Assembly (NCBI GenBank): GCA_025558095.1
Contig: JAIVFI010000013.1
Span: 434,001 to 498,000 of the forward strand
From: Hyaloraphidium curvatum SAG 235-1
Taxonomy: Eukaryota; Fungi; Monoblepharomycota
Reading direction: 5' to 3'
DNA length: 64,000 nucleotides
The translations under genes were made by a program, and so were the position numbers. Positions within the stretch are counted from its first letter, which is position 1, and each line of letters opens with the position of its first letter. Of the stretch, positions 25,563-44,197 are shown piece by piece. The notes beneath the pieces were generated by a model that saw only the letters and a list, made by a program, of their open reading frames with translations, was not told where the DNA came from and searched no databases.

Positions 25563-27135
25563 ATGGCGGCGGTCGAGGCGCGCACGCCGCCTGCGGGCGA
25601 GGGGCGGCCGCCCGAGCCGCGCAAGCGGCCGCCGTCGCCGACGCCGTTCCGCGCGCAGTCGCCGGCGGGCTTCGCGGGCTTCGAGCCGCCGAAGGACAAG
25701 CCGGACCGCAAGAAGACGAAGCGCGCGAAGCCGCACTCGCGCGCAAACAAGCAGCCCGGCGCGCGCGGCCGCCGCCGCTCCGTCGACGACGATGCCCCGC
25801 CGTTGTTGGTCCGCACCGCCCCCGCACCGCCGCCCGCGCCGCAGGGCCGGCTGGGCAAGTCGCTGTTCCAGGACTTCGAGCGCACGCTGCAGGACATCGG
25901 CAAGCTGCTGAAGCGCACCGTGCCCGCGAACCTGCGCACGGAGGACGGCGAGGACGGCGGGGACAACGAAAACGCAGACAGGGATCAGAGGTGGGCGGCT
26001 GCGGCCCGGGCCGTGCGTGCCGGCGGTCTGACTCGTAATTCTGCCTAGGGGCTCCGACAGCGAGGCTCCGTCGCGCCCACAGACCCCCGAGGACCCCGCC
26101 CAGGAATCCAGCGACCCGCTGGCGGAGTCCTTCCAGCGCCTCGACCTTGCTTCCCACGACGAAGAGCCGCGTGCGCCCGAAGTCGTCGAGATCCGCGCGC
26201 TCGACGGCGACGCTGCGGCGGACGTTGGCGGAACCGACGGGGAGGACGTTTTGGCCGGCCCAGCGGCCGCGCCTGCACCCGAGGACGCGGCAGCGTTGGA
26301 TGCCGTGGAAGCGGCGGACCTGGTGGAGTTCGAAAGCTCGCGACGGCGGGTGCGCTTCCACTCGGAGGAGCTTTCCATCGTGCTCGCTTTCCACGCTGCT
26401 GCGCCCCCGGTGGCGCTCTACGACTCGGGGGCCGCATGCCTTGCTTTTCCCGATCCGGGTGACCGCTACTTCGAACTGGAGCGCGAGAGGGAGCGGGAGC
26501 GGGAGGAGGAGGAGCGCAAGTTTGTCCACGGCGTCGTGGTGCACGGCTGGACTCCGTACCCCGCGTACGCGGGCGACGAGCCGTCCACGCTGCGCGTCGA
26601 GGACGTGCGGCTCCGAGCCCGCACCACCGTCGGCGTGACCATCGCCGTGCGCAATCTTGCCTTCAACAAGCGCGTGGTGGTCAGGTTCACGCTGGACCGG
26701 TGGCACTCTTTCCAGGAGGTGGAGGCCAAGTTCGTGACCAAGCTGAACCCCAACGACGATTCCTGGGATCGCTTCCTGGCCGAAATCGAGGTGCCGTCCG
26801 ACATTTTCCGGCGCGATCCGACGGTTTCCGCCGAGCTGGAGGAGCACGAGGACGGCGAGGAGGACCCCGTGCGCGGGACTGCGGGGGGACGAATGTTCTT
26901 CGCCATCAAGTTCCTGTGTCCGGGGGCGGGCGAGTGGTGGGACAACAACCGGGGCCGCAATTTTGAGGTCGAGTTCCGTCGTCGCAGGCGGCAGAACGCC
27001 GCGTGGGAGGGAGAGGCTGTGTTCCGGAACATGCGGCGCAAGGACATCAGGAGGACCGAGAGGACCCGCAGAAAGCAGGAAGAGTGGGACAAGCACTTTC
27101 CGAACGTCGCCGACTCCAGGATAAAGAGGTCTTGA
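25563..27135 (+). CDS. CBM21-domain PP1 glycogen-targeting regulatory subunit-like protein
   Basis: RVxF motif RRRVRFHS. CBM21 IAVRNLAFNKRVVVRFTLDRW...FAIKF...EWWDNNRGRNF. Confidence 0.85.
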
Positions 27136-27310
27136 TGCCGCGTGGGTCGCGCGGTGGGGGGCAAAGGTTGACAGTTTCTTTCGAAATGGACACGTGGGCA
27201 ACTGGACGTAGTGGAGATGATTGGTTTTGCTGGCATCCGTTTGGACCTTCGCGCACGTCATACCCCGAATCGATGTGTAGCTCATGGTTTTTTGGCAATG
27301 CATTTCACGT

Positions 27311-28465
27311 TCACTTCTTTTTCGCCGCGCCCCTGCTCCTCGACCTCGAGTAGCTTCTCGAAGACCGGCTCCGCGACCTCGAGTACGACCGGCTCCTGGA
27401 GCGCCTTTAGAAAAGTTCCCCGGGCGTGCGTTGCGAAACGCTCACCTCGATCGGCTGCGAGACGAGAAGCTCCGGCTGCGGCTCCGACCCCGACCTTTCC
27501 GCGGGGGAGAGCGGCTGCGGCTTGCGCTACGACTGCGCGAGGAGTAGGAGCGGGACCTCGACCGTCCCTTCCGCGGAGCCGGAGACCTCGATCGTCCCTT
27601 CCGCGGGGCGGGCGACCGACTCCTGCTCCGTGACGACCGACCCTTCCGTGGCGCCGGCGCCGGCCTCTTGTCCCTCCCGGAATCTCGGTAGGAGGTCGCA
27701 GCGCCGCGGTTCCACCGATCCCTCGACAGGGAACGTTTCCTGGCGTCCCGGCTGCCAGCCCTGTCGCGGCTGTCGTACGTCGGCCGGTAGCTGTACCGCG
27801 AGTTGGGCGGTGGTGTGCGACCGCGCCGCCTTGCATCCCTGGCGTCCACCTCGTCTCTGTATCCGCGCCCTGCCCGAGCCGGCTCGGCGGGTGGCCGCGG
27901 CTGGACATAGGCGCACGAGACGACGTTTCCGTCAATCTGGGCCCCATCCATGTGCGCAATGGCGGCTTCTGCTTCGTCCTGGGTCGAATACGTGATGAAG
28001 GCGAACCCCTTGTTGGCATCGACTGCCCGGACGGCCTGGTGAGGCGTTTGCGGGCGCACGGAAGCGTCCAAGGTCTCACTTTGCCGGTTCATCGGCACCG
28101 CGACCTCCTTGACCGTGCCGTAGTTTCCGAATATCTCCCGCACATGTCCCTCGTTGACGTTCCGCGTCAACTTTTGCACAATGATCTTTGTCTTGGCGGC
28201 GCCCTCCCCCTCCGGTCTCCGGCTCGGCGCAGCTCGACCGCGGCTCGAGCGCGAGCTCTGGGACATCGGAGACCTGCTCCGAGGCGACCTCGAGCGCGAC
28301 CGGGAGTAGGACCTGACGATGCGGCGTTCAGAGCGGGGAGACGCGGTTCTCGGGCGGGAGCGCTAACCGGCTACGCGACCTCGAGCTCGCTGACCTGCTG
28401 CGGCTGGAATCCGGCGACCGCCGTCGCGACCGCGACCGGCTTCTGTTTTCTTTTTCCACGTCCAT
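27311..28465 (-). CDS. RNPS1: RNA-binding protein with serine-rich domain 1 (RRM + RS repeats)
   Basis: KIIVQKLTRNVNEGHVREIFGNYG...NKGFAFITY...AIAHMDGAQIDG flanked by RS-rich tracts. Confidence 0.88.
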
Positions 28466-28638
28466 CGGAAGACTCGTGGGGGGAAAGACCGAACGACTTT
28501 GCTGCGCGGCGCGACTCCCGAGGCGGTCACGCTCATCACAGGCTCAAGAAGGGGAGGCTGCGGGAAAGGCAACATGCCATGTATCCACGACAAAGAAAGA
28601 CAAATCCAAGGGTATCAACATGCCCAATCTACGTGGCG

Positions 28639-33963
<5,325 letters not shown>

Positions 33964-34103
33964 CGCGGGAACGGGTGTCTGCGCGACCTGGCGAGTGATG
34001 GTGAGCTCACGGGTGCCTCCTTCACCCCGGACGCCTGCGTACGGAAAGGAAAAGAGAGCAGCAGATCCTAGGCAATCTATCGCAACTGCATCACAACTCA
34101 TAT

Positions 34104-35316
34104 TCACATTCCTCCGCGCGTGACCATAGCGCCCTCCTTCTTGGGCATTTGCCTCGTCGGGGTCTGGATAGCCGAGACCCAGCTGAAGGTGGACGCATCA
34201 GCACCATCCAAGCGACCTGAGCAGCGACAACTCACGTGACCCCGTACCACATGATGAGGATCACGGGGATCATGGCAAAGATGGCCTGGAACATGCCGGT
34301 GTTCAGGACCCAGTACTTCTGGAAGAACGGCCGGTCGTTAAAGGCGACGTCGCCCCACGGACCGGTGTAGTTTGCGGGCAGCTGACGCTTGGTGAGCTGC
34401 GGGAATCTTCAGAAACGCGCCGCTGCCGCGACGACGTGCGCTCCCACCACCCGGGCACTGATCTTGCTCGTGTAGATGACGGTCCACTTGTCGCCGGCAA
34501 TCTTGCGCGCGCTGTCCACGAGCTCGCTGAGCTTGTTGTCGTTGGTGGTGAAGTCGTCCACGGGGAGCGCGGGGAGCGTGACGGGGACGACGGACATGCC
34601 GGCCTCGCCCTTCCGGACCTCGCCATCTGCCAGGAAGCGATTAGCCATCGCCGGCTGCCCTGGTCTACACCCAACGCCACATACCGGTGAAGAACTGCGC
34701 GTTGGGGCACATGCCCGAGATCGTCTGCAAGACCGCGTCATAGTTCGAAGTGTGGGCACCGTCGATGGTGCCAAAGTAGGGGATCGTGATGGAGTACTGC
34801 GCCTCGTCCATCGACCGCTTCACGAACGACCCGGTGATGTGCTTCTTCACGGTGGCGAAGTGCACCTGGACGGATTCGGGGTCAGGCAGCGACGAGGCAT
34901 TGGCACGAAGGCAAGCTCACCCCGGGTTGGTCAATGACGAGGGTCACGCCCTCGCAGTCCCCGACGAAAGGCTTCAGCGTCGATGCCAACGACGACTCGT
35001 CGACGAACGCGACGGCTGGGATGTCGGGGTGCGCCCTGGAACCGCGCGATGCCGGTGAGCCCGCGCTCTCCACGCTCCGCCGACGCCACACCCCGCCCGT
35101 GCGCCCTCCAATGCCTCTTCTCCATGTACGGGCGTTGGCCGGGCCCCATCGCCGGGAAGGAGGAGGTCTGCGCCGCCTGGAAGCTCCAGATGTCCGCCCG
35201 CGCCATCGCCCTCACCTCTTCCCGGACCACACCATGAGGGGCGCGGTGTTCTGGAACGCCACGGCGGAAGACGCCGCGCTCACGAGGAGGAGCACAGTAA
35301 TTGACGAACCACGCAT
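34104..35316 (-). CDS. V-ATPase assembly/accessory protein (Voa1/Ac45-like), type I membrane protein
   Basis: Signal peptide followed by NTAPLMVWS. C-terminal PFFQKYWVLNTGMFQAIF-TM-WVSAIQTP pattern. Confidence 0.6.
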
Positions 35317-35545
35317 CGTGGAGGCGAAGGTGGGAGCAGGAGGTGGCGCCGGACTTGATGCTAGCCCGCGATCGCTGATAGGCCTGCAAGCCTCTAACTT
35401 GCACTGGTACACCTCACCACTTCATCCACAAGGCACCCCAACGATCGCAGCAGTCGTAGAACTGGTTTCCAACTGGAGTTGAAGTTATTGGGGGGGTAGG
35501 GAGTCTGGTCTCTGAACAGTAGACGCCCGGCGACGCCGCATTTCT

Positions 35546-37307
35546 TCAAAAGAATACAGGGCGCGTTGATTTCTTCTGCGAGAGCGCCACGTTCCTCGAC
35601 TCGAAGAATTCCTTAACGTCCGCCTCCTTGATCACCCTCCCGCGCTTCGCATACTCGCGCAGGAACTCCGACAGCTCGTCCCGCACCTGGTTGTACACGT
35701 TGACGGCCTCGATCGCTTTGTTGCGCGGCATGCGGTTTAGCTGTTTGAGCGCGAGGTCGTCGGGCGAATCGGTCGCCTCCTCGTCCAGGGGCGGCTCGTA
35801 GAGCTCCTCCGGCTCGTGGAGGAAGACCAGATCGCGGACGTAGTACATGTCGAGGCACTCCTTGCATGCGCAGAGGGCGTCGCGCCATCCGCCTGCGATC
35901 GCGCTCAGCGATGCCGCCGAAGGGATGCCCACGCGACCCACTTGTGCCATAAAGGTCCAGCTCTCCCACATCGGCGTCCGGAAGCTGCTTCAATGTGCAA
36001 ACGCGCGGCCCTTCGCCCTTCTGGGGCGAGCCCGACTGGTCCCCTTTCCGCGGTGACGATCGCGCGGACAGCAATCTCGGCTTCTTTGCCGTTCCGCTCG
36101 GGCCGGGATCGGATCCCAGCTCGTCATCCAGCGGTCTTTTGCCCGCCTGAACGTCCGGTTTCGCTTCGACGACGGGCCTGGCGAAGAATGCCGCGGATGC
36201 GCTGTAGCGCTTGAGGAAAGGGTGCTTCTCCGTGCTGTGGGAGGGGGCGTTGAGCTGCAGTGCTTATGGCGAGCGAGCATTCCCACCAGCGCCGGCAGAA
36301 AAAGTCCTCGTACTCGCTTTGCTCGGGAATCTGGGGTCATCGAGTCAGCGACGGTCACCAAAAGCCCATGAGGAAACTGACCCCGCCGAGACAGCGATCG
36401 TGGTACCAATCTGACCCAGCAAACACGAGCAGACAGACCATCCCGATCGAGTCTTGCGTTAGGACCAAGTCCGCGAGAGGTGGCCAATCCAAGCGCACCT
36501 TCGCATACGAGGCACTGCAGCATGTCGTCGCTTTCCGGCACGTACGCCTTGCCGCAGAGGCAGTACCTGTCCTCGAAGTTCGGGCCGTAGCTGTTCTCCG
36601 GGTTGATCTCCGCGTCCCGGTCCTTGGCCTGCAGTGTGCACGGGGCTGCGGTGCGGGACGCTCAGCGAGGGCCGCGATCCGCGCCCGGACAACCTACACG
36701 GGAAGCGGTGGCCCCCGCAGTCGCAGCGGAAGTGCCTCCGGGCCTGAAGTTCGATCAGATCGTGGTCCGTGTGGCACTGCGACGCAGTCAGCCGATTTAC
36801 AACGCTGGCCCGCGCTTCCACCAACCGAAATGGAGCACGAGTAGCAGATTCCGGCCGGGCTGGTCCCGTCCTTGGCGCAGGTTTGGCAGACGTAGATGTT
36901 TTGCCTCACGTATCCTGTCACGGACGTCGGGACGTCAGGACGGCGCGCGGGCCTGCAGCTAGGGCGCCGACCTTGGTCGAAGCTGCACTCGTCAAACTTC
37001 CGGGGCAGCGCCTCCGCAGCTTCCTGTAAAGCCGAATTCCGACCAGCATTGCAGGTTTATCGCCCGAGGGCCCGCCGTCCGACAGTCAACCACAGGCGTC
37101 GAGGGTGCGCGACGGCTCCACCTTGTACAGCTCGTCCTCCGCCTCGACCCACTCCTGCAGCGTCAGCTCCTCCTCTTCCTCGGCATGGGTCCCGAGCTCG
37201 GAGGTCGGAACGGCGCTCTCGGGCTCCGCGGCGGAACTCGGGACGCCCGTCTCGGCAGCCGTCGGGGCGGGCTCGCCGGCCTCCGCGCCGGGCGGGATTC
37301 CCATCAT
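35546..37307 (-). CDS. UBR7: UBR7-like E3 ligase (UBR zinc finger + PHD)
   Basis: GYVRQNIYVCQTC...GICYSCSI-CHTDHDLIELQARRHFRCDCG. N.YGPNF..RYCLCG..Y...MLQCLVCEDWYH. WRDALCACKEC. Confidence 0.9.
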
Positions 37308-37499
37308 GTCGGGAAATGCAGCGGAGGGATGGGCTCCGCGGGATTGCGGCGGCGGCTCCGGAACGGCCGGGAGAGTTGGGGCCGTCGACGATTCGGATTC
37401 GAAGGAGTTCTGTCGGACGCGACTCCTCAATCATCAGGACCCCTTCGGACGCCTTCACCTCCCTCGATCCATTGCCAATAAGGCGCCAAGCAGTGTAGA

Positions 37500-38719
37500 T
37501 CACGCCCTGAACACCTGCACGATCCTCTCCACCTCCGTCCTGCAGATCGGACACGACCGCACCCCTTCCTCTGCTGCCTCCTCCTCCCAGTACGCCTCGG
37601 CGTGCGGCTGGCCGTGCATCCGCGCCTCCGTCTCCCGCAGCCGCCGACCGCGGTGATCAGGGCGCGGGCCGGGCTGCCGCCGCGAGGGGGCGAGGCGCGA
37701 GGCGCAGGGCATGCAGACGGAGAGGTGTCCGCTGTGGACGGGCGGCAGGGTAAGTAGAATGTGGGAAGCAGGCGCGGTACCACGAACCAGGGGATGATAA
37801 CGGCGTCCACGGAGCGGGAGAAGCAGATCCGGCAGTCCTTGGAGGCCCGTTCGCCCTCCCCCTTTTCCCTGGGTTCGCCCTCCTCCTCCTCCAAGCGATC
37901 AGCGCCGCCCGCCGCAGGCTCCTCGGCGCGGACAACGGGCTCGCGCTCCCGGCCGGCGGCACCGACGATCCACGACACGATCGACTCGGGCGTCCACTCG
38001 TCGAGCCAGCTCCCCGCCCCGTTCCCATCGTCCCCGTCCCCGCCTTCAGGTCGCCGATCGCGCCGTGCCCTCCAATACCGCAGCCTCCTCTCCTCCTCCC
38101 TCCGCCTGCGCAGCACCCCCGCCAGCCGCACGATCTTGCCCGCCTCGTCCTCGCCCGTGCCCAGCTGCACCAGAAGCGCGACGATTTCGGCCTCCTTGCG
38201 CTCCGCCGCGGCGAGCTCCGCGTCGTCGGGCATGCACGCGCGGCAGTCGGTCCATTCGGGAGAGTGCGGGCAGAACCATTCCTTGTACGGAATCTCGACG
38301 GGCAGGTTCGCGTGGGGATTCCATAAGCGCGCCGGGTCCGAGAGGTCCTCCTCGTCCCGGTTCCGCTGTGCCAGGAAGCTCCGGATGAACATCTGCGTAA
38401 TGGGCGATTGACCCGGGATCGTTTCGGGGTCGAGCGGCACGTAGGAGGCGGTGGGGACATCGGGCACGAAGCCCAGGCGGTCCTTGCAGGCTCCGCAGTA
38501 CCACTCCTCCCTGGCAGCCACCGGCAGGAACCCGTGCCCGTCCACGTATTTGAGGTAGGAGCCCCGCTTGCGCACGTCGGGGGGCAGGGCGGCCTCCGAC
38601 GCGGAGCGCAGCACCTCGCGCCTGTCGAGGCACGGGCAGCAGCTGGGCTGCGTCAGCGAGCAGGGCCCATGGCCGCAGGGCTTTTGGAGGCCGCCGTGCG
38701 CGTGCCCGCTGGCCGACAT
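37500..38719 (-). CDS. C-terminal RING-finger (C3HC4_3/IAP-type) protein with Cys/His-rich N-terminus
   Basis: CRICFSRSVDAVIIPC-GHLSVCMPCA...SCPICRTEVERIVQVFRA*. N-terminal C..H..C...CC.C cluster. Confidence 0.75.
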
Positions 38720-38819
38720 CTCTCCGTGCGGGTTGGGAGCGGGAGCCGCCAGCGGGGCGTTGTTGACTTGTCGTTTCGTCGCCTCTTCTTGTCACTTCCT
38801 CCCCGCCCCCTCTCCTCCA

Positions 38820-41800
38820 ATGGCGTACGCGGGCGGCTTCGACTGGGGTGCGTGTGCCCTGCGAGAATGAAGGCAGCAGCTGACCGCGGGTTGTCGCAGG
38901 CCGCGTCGGCGGGCCGCAGCAGGGCGACCGGCGCGACGGCGGGCTCCGCGACGGGCCGCGCGACGGCGGGCAGTGGCGCGGCGGGCGCGGGCGCGGGCGC
39001 GGCGGGCACGGAGGGCGCCACGACGCGCCGCTGGACCCGCGCGCTGAGGCCGAGGCGCGGCTGCGCGACCTGGTCGTCGGCCTCGCGGACCGCCCCGCCG
39101 ACGCAGACAAGCAGCTGCGCAACCTGGCAAACATCCTGTACAGGGACTACGCCGCTCACGCGCAGGTCATGCTGGCCGCGTTCCGCGCCGCGATCGCCGG
39201 GCTGCCGCACAAGGCCGCCTTCTACGCCGTGCTGGTCGGCCTGGTCGCCGCGGAGGAGGCGGCGGCCGCTGGCGGCCCGCCAGCAGTCGACGGCTTTTTG
39301 CGCACCGCGATGCAGGCCCTGGACGAGGCGCTGAGGGGCTGCGAGTGGTGGGAGGTCATGAGCCTGGTAGGCGCCTCCGTCCCCCCGCTCCCCGCCCTCC
39401 TCCTGACCCGCATCCCAGCTCCGCTTCTTTTGCGAGCTCGTCAACGCGGGCGTCGTCGCCCCCGCGTCGCACCTAGCCCTGCTGCGCACCCTGGCGGGGC
39501 CGCTGGCCACGCACCCGACCGGCTCCTCCTTCCCCGACTCGTTCTGCTACATCCTCCTAGATACCCTCCCCCACGCCGCCAAGGCGCTGTGGTCTGCGCT
39601 GCCCGACGAGGCAGAGGCGCTGTACGGCGACCTGGCGGCCTACGTCGAGAAGCGCGCGCCGGAGATGGCGCGCAATGCCGCCAGCCTGGTCTATTTCCGA
39701 GGCTCGGCGACGGGGCTGGACGCGCTGGGCGAGCTGTTTTCGGCCGTGAGGGGCTGCAAGGAGGCCGGCTGGGAGGTGCGTCGACTTGCGGCGTCCCGTC
39801 TTGCTTTTCGAGGCTCACCGCTCTCGTGCAGCTTCCGTTCTTGTCCACGATTCGTGATCGGCAGCCCAAGCTGCGGACGGTGGTCCCGCGGGAGCTGCCC
39901 GGAACCGTCTCCCTGCCTTCTGACAACCCGGACCTGCGGTTTCCCCTCGTGGGCGGCCCGCTGCTGTTCATTTTTGACGATGCTTCGCGGAACGCCGAGG
40001 TTGGTTCGGCGTCCCATCTCGCCGACGCCCGGGATTGACCTTTTCGGGGTATGGCAGCCCGTCATCCACCACCTGCCCTCCACCTCGTCCTTCGACCGGC
40101 ATTACCTCCGCATGCTCGCCCTCCTCCTGCTGCGCCTCTCCATCGAGAACCGCAAGCCCGCCGTGCAGGCCTTCCTCTCCCTCCCCGACCACTTCCCCGC
40201 CCTGCCCGAAAACAATTTCATGGCCTACGAGGCCGTGGTGGAGACCATCGTCGCCGACGTGCAGCGGCTCCCGAACCCGCTCGACTCGGCGCCGCTGTAC
40301 CAGAACTCGGTCATGTGCGACTTCCTCGGGGCCAACCCCAAGGACATCGCGCCGCTGCTGGGGCGCTGCGTGAGGCGGTGGTTCGACCGGATCGACAACG
40401 AGGAGTGCGACGTCGGGTGCGTCAAGCGGACGGCGGAGTACCTCGCCGTGCACCTGAGCAACTTTGGCTGGAAGTGGAGCTGGGACCGCTGGTGGGTTGA
40501 TCCGGCACATTGGGCTCGCCCCGCGCTCATTCGTACTCCCCGCCAGGCTGCCGGCGCTCTCGCTGGACAAGCACACCGCCCGCCACGCCTTCCTCCGCCA
40601 CTTCCTCTCCCAGATGATCCGCCTCTCTTATTGGGAGCACACCCAGGAGGCCCTCCCGCGCTCCTGGCACCCCTCCATGCCCCCGCCGACGGGGACCGAC
40701 TTCCGGTACGCCCCCGAGTCGGGCGCGGACCCCGCCGTGGTCGGCCTTGCCGCCGAGATCGTCGCCGCGGTCCGCTCCCGCAAGGAGGGCTGGCTGGACG
40801 AGGCCCGCGCGGCCGTGGAGCGGCTCCGCGCCTGGGCGCGCGAGAACCCCGCCGCCGCCGCCGCGGCCGTCGGCAAGCCCGGCGACGCCCCCGCCGAGGC
40901 CGAGGACGCGCTGGCGCGGGACGTGGTGATGCAGGCGCTCATGGTCGTCGGCTCCAAGTCCTTCTCGCACGTGCTGGCGGCCATGGAGCGCTCGCTCCCG
41001 CTGCTGAGGGACATGTTCCCCAGCCACCGGTACTCGGCGGACCCGGCGGCGTGGAAGGCCATGCGGCAGGCGCTGCGCGCCGTGTGGGACTTCAACGCGA
41101 GGGCCAACACGCAGTTCCTCGAGATCGTGGTGGACAAGCTGCTCAACTACCGGGTGCTCGACGCGCCGAGCGTGTTCGAGTGGATCATGGACCGCGCGGT
41201 GGAGGACGACATGTATTCCGAGTGGGTCTCTTGCTGTGGCGCGGGGCCTGGATCGATCGCTGACAACCGTACAGGTTCTGGCTCTGGAACATCATGCTCA
41301 GCACGCTCTCCAAGGTCGTGCTCCGCGTCAAGCAGCTCACGGTCCGCGTCGAGGCCGCGCGCAAGGCGCTGGCCGCGCTGCCGCCGCCCAAGTTCGTCCC
41401 GGTCGACTCGGACAACATGGAGAGCGAGGCGCCGGCGGACGAAGAGTACCGCAAGGCGCAGGAGGAGCTCGAGCGCGTGGGCAACCTGCTCAGCGGGGCG
41501 CAGAGGGACGAGAAGGAGAGCTTCGGCACCGTGTTCAAGGTTTGGCCTCCCGTACCCATGCCGATCCGCCGATGTCCAACATCCGCTCCGCAGAAATTCG
41601 TGGCCATGCTCAAGGCGCACATCGAGGCTTCGACCGCGGCGGGGCAGGACCCGGAGCAGGCGCCCTTCTGGCGGTACGCCTCCGGGTTCATGCGGGAGAT
41701 TGGGCGCAGCGTGGGTCCTACCGGCGATCGACGTCCGCATTCCGCCTGACGCATCCCCATTCCGCCTGACGCATCCCATTTGCATCCAGTACGCGGACGC

Positions 41801-41939
41801 GATCCGGTCGATGGTGGTCACGGTCGAGACGCTGGCGTTCGAGGGCGGGAACGAGTACGGGTCGGCGGCGGTGGACGGGCGGATATGGGCCGTTTGGAAG
41901 GAGGTCAAGGACGGCGTGCTGACCCGCAAGGTCGTGTAA
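38820..41939 (+). CDS. NCBP1: Nuclear cap-binding complex large subunit (CBP80/Sto1, MIF4G-like)
   Basis: LPHKAAFYAVLVGL, AEYLAVHLSNFGWKWSWDRW, MIRLSYWE, VGSKSFSH, IVVDKLLNYRVL...VFEWI. Confidence 0.92.
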
Positions 41940-42554
41940 GAGGGCGGATCGGAAGAGTAGCGGCCGGCATTCGGGCTGTCTATGTGGTTGGACTCTTTTC
42001 CGCTGGCCGCTCGGGACAACGTCCGGACAACTCCTTCCTGCTCTCTAATCGCGCCATGGACGCTACGATCGTTCAGTTCTGATGGCGTTTCCGGGCCTGA
42101 GGGGGCGGCCGCACCAGCGGTTTTGCCTCCGATTTCAATGGACTGGGCGTGCGGATCGATCGCCCCTTCGCCCATGCACGACGAATGCATGGGAGCAATA
42201 GAGACGTCGCCAACACTCTCGAAAATGCTACAGCTCCATAGACCGCCCTCAATCAGGGCCTGAAGCGGGGTGTGTGTCCCAGCACTCGATTTTCGGGGTT
42301 TCGGGATCGGTTTTGCCGATCGATTTGATCCCGAGGATCCGAAACAGCGGAGGGCGGCCGAGGCCGACGCCAAAAATAGCCTATCCACTCCGACTGCTCA
42401 AAAGCGAGCGGCGACAGCAAGCGCTCCTCCGCCAACCTCCCATTGCCTTCCTTGAGCGGCTCTCGGCACCGACCGGGAACCCGCACGCAGCACCACACCC
42501 CCGCGCCCGCCCAACACTCCGACCCCCTACCCCCTTGCCGTCTGCCTAGCCAAC

Positions 42555-43992
42555 ATGAGCTCGACGGACAACACTACCCTCTATGATCCCTCGGTCACCT
42601 ATGTGTACAGCAAGGTGCGTGCGGGCGGGAAGTGGCTCGGCTTGGCGACCGGCTCACCGCGAGCACGCCCCCGCCACCGGAACCGGCCCTACCGCCTTTC
42701 GCCAACCTGCAATCCTACTTTGGAACCTCTTTCCACTCTTGGAACCTCATTCAAAACCTCTCCTCGCTCCTGGAACTCAATCGCGCCGCCCTACTGCCTC
42801 CCGGAACCTGCAGGTGTTCTGCCTTGCGGATGCCTACTACGCCCACATCGTGTTCGCCTATTGTGAGCATTTTGCATCGTTTCTGTCGTTCTCCTGGATT
42901 TTCTGACCGTATGTCACCACAGTGGTCATGATTGCTGGCTTCGGGTGCCTCTTCACGAGGTTTTTGCCCCGGATGAAGTTCCTGCACGTCTGGTTCGGCC
43001 GAACCTACATCAACGCGATGCTCTGGTGCATGGGGACTTCGCTTCTGATTACAAACACTGGTACGTTCGCGGTCTTTGGCCCGCTCCTTCCCCCAGGATG
43101 CTGATCGCGCCCTACCTCCCTTTCTGAATCTTGCAACGCTCCACGCTTCCCGGAATTATGTCGCACTCTTACCTTCAGGCCTGCCTGTTGCCGTCCTCGT
43201 TTCCTTCATCTGGGTCGGCGCCGGATTGACCATCGGCTGGGCCGTCATCAACATCTACCAACAGCAAATGCAGGCCGCGGCGACCAAGTCTGTGGGCGAG
43301 AAGCTTAAAGTTGCGGGCGCCGTTCCCGTCGATCTGGGCAAGATGATCGCGGAGGAGAAGGGGATCATCGCCGACTCGCGCACCTTTTGGCAGCGCATCC
43401 TCTCGTGAGTGCCAACACCTCATCAAACGTGTGATAGCTCTGATCATAAGCACCGCTTTCACAGGCTCAAGGCACTCCATGGAGCCTTGATGGTGACCTC
43501 GTGGGTGATTCCTTGGGGTTTATGGGGAAAATGCACCGCTAACCTCCCGATCTCTCGCAGATGGGTCAACATCATCGGCAGGGTGTTCGTCACGCCTCTA
43601 ACGAACGACTTCGAGTGTTATACGTATCCCTATTACAAGGTTTGGACGCCGGAGACCATTCAGAAGCGTCGTTTCTGACCAGATTGCCGCAGCCGATCGA
43701 TACCAACCAGTTCCAAGGCGCGGGACTCGCTCCCCAACCCGTGCCCGAAAACAACCCCAACTACATGAAGCTGCCGTGGGCCAAGATGGGAATCGTTGCT
43801 TGGGGTGTCGCGCTCAGCGTGGGGCCGCTGGTGGGGAGCTACGTGATTGGTATCATTTGGGTTGCCATCGCGAACTACATTCACAAGCGGAAGGCGGCCA
43901 AGGAGGCGAGTGTTGCCGCCGTGCAACCTGTCAACGAGGATGCTGCCGCCGAGACGGTTGCGAAGCCCGTGAAGGCTGCCGAGGCATCGTAA
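42555..43992 (+). CDS. Uncharacterised multi-pass membrane protein with intramembrane His residues
   Basis: Spliced ORF with ~6 hydrophobic helices: YAHIVFAYL-VMIAGFGCLF, LHVWFGRTYINAMLW, KALHGALM. Family not identified. Confidence 0.7.
42600..42915 (+). repeat. Source copy of ~315-bp inverted duplication
   Basis: Near-identical to the reverse complement of 46485-46800. Confidence 0.95.
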
Positions 43993-44197
43993 AAGGATGC
44001 TCGACCTCGTGAACTTGAGTGGCCTGGGGCCGCGCTGGAGCCGGAGACTGCACCTGTGTAATGCCATGCCGAGGAGTAGAATCGAATTGATGCGTTTGCC
44101 ACTAGCATTGGATCAATCCGAAGCCAGCGGGTCGTGATCGCAAAGAGTTGGGTTGGTGAGTCGGACCTGGCACAGCCCCCCGCAAGCCGACCACAAC

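Noticed and set aside
27442-27700. Repeats PAPRKGRSRS in RNPS1 as an array or CRISPR-like feature
   Set aside because: Ordinary RS-domain coding repeats with no spacers or cas genes; eukaryotic context.
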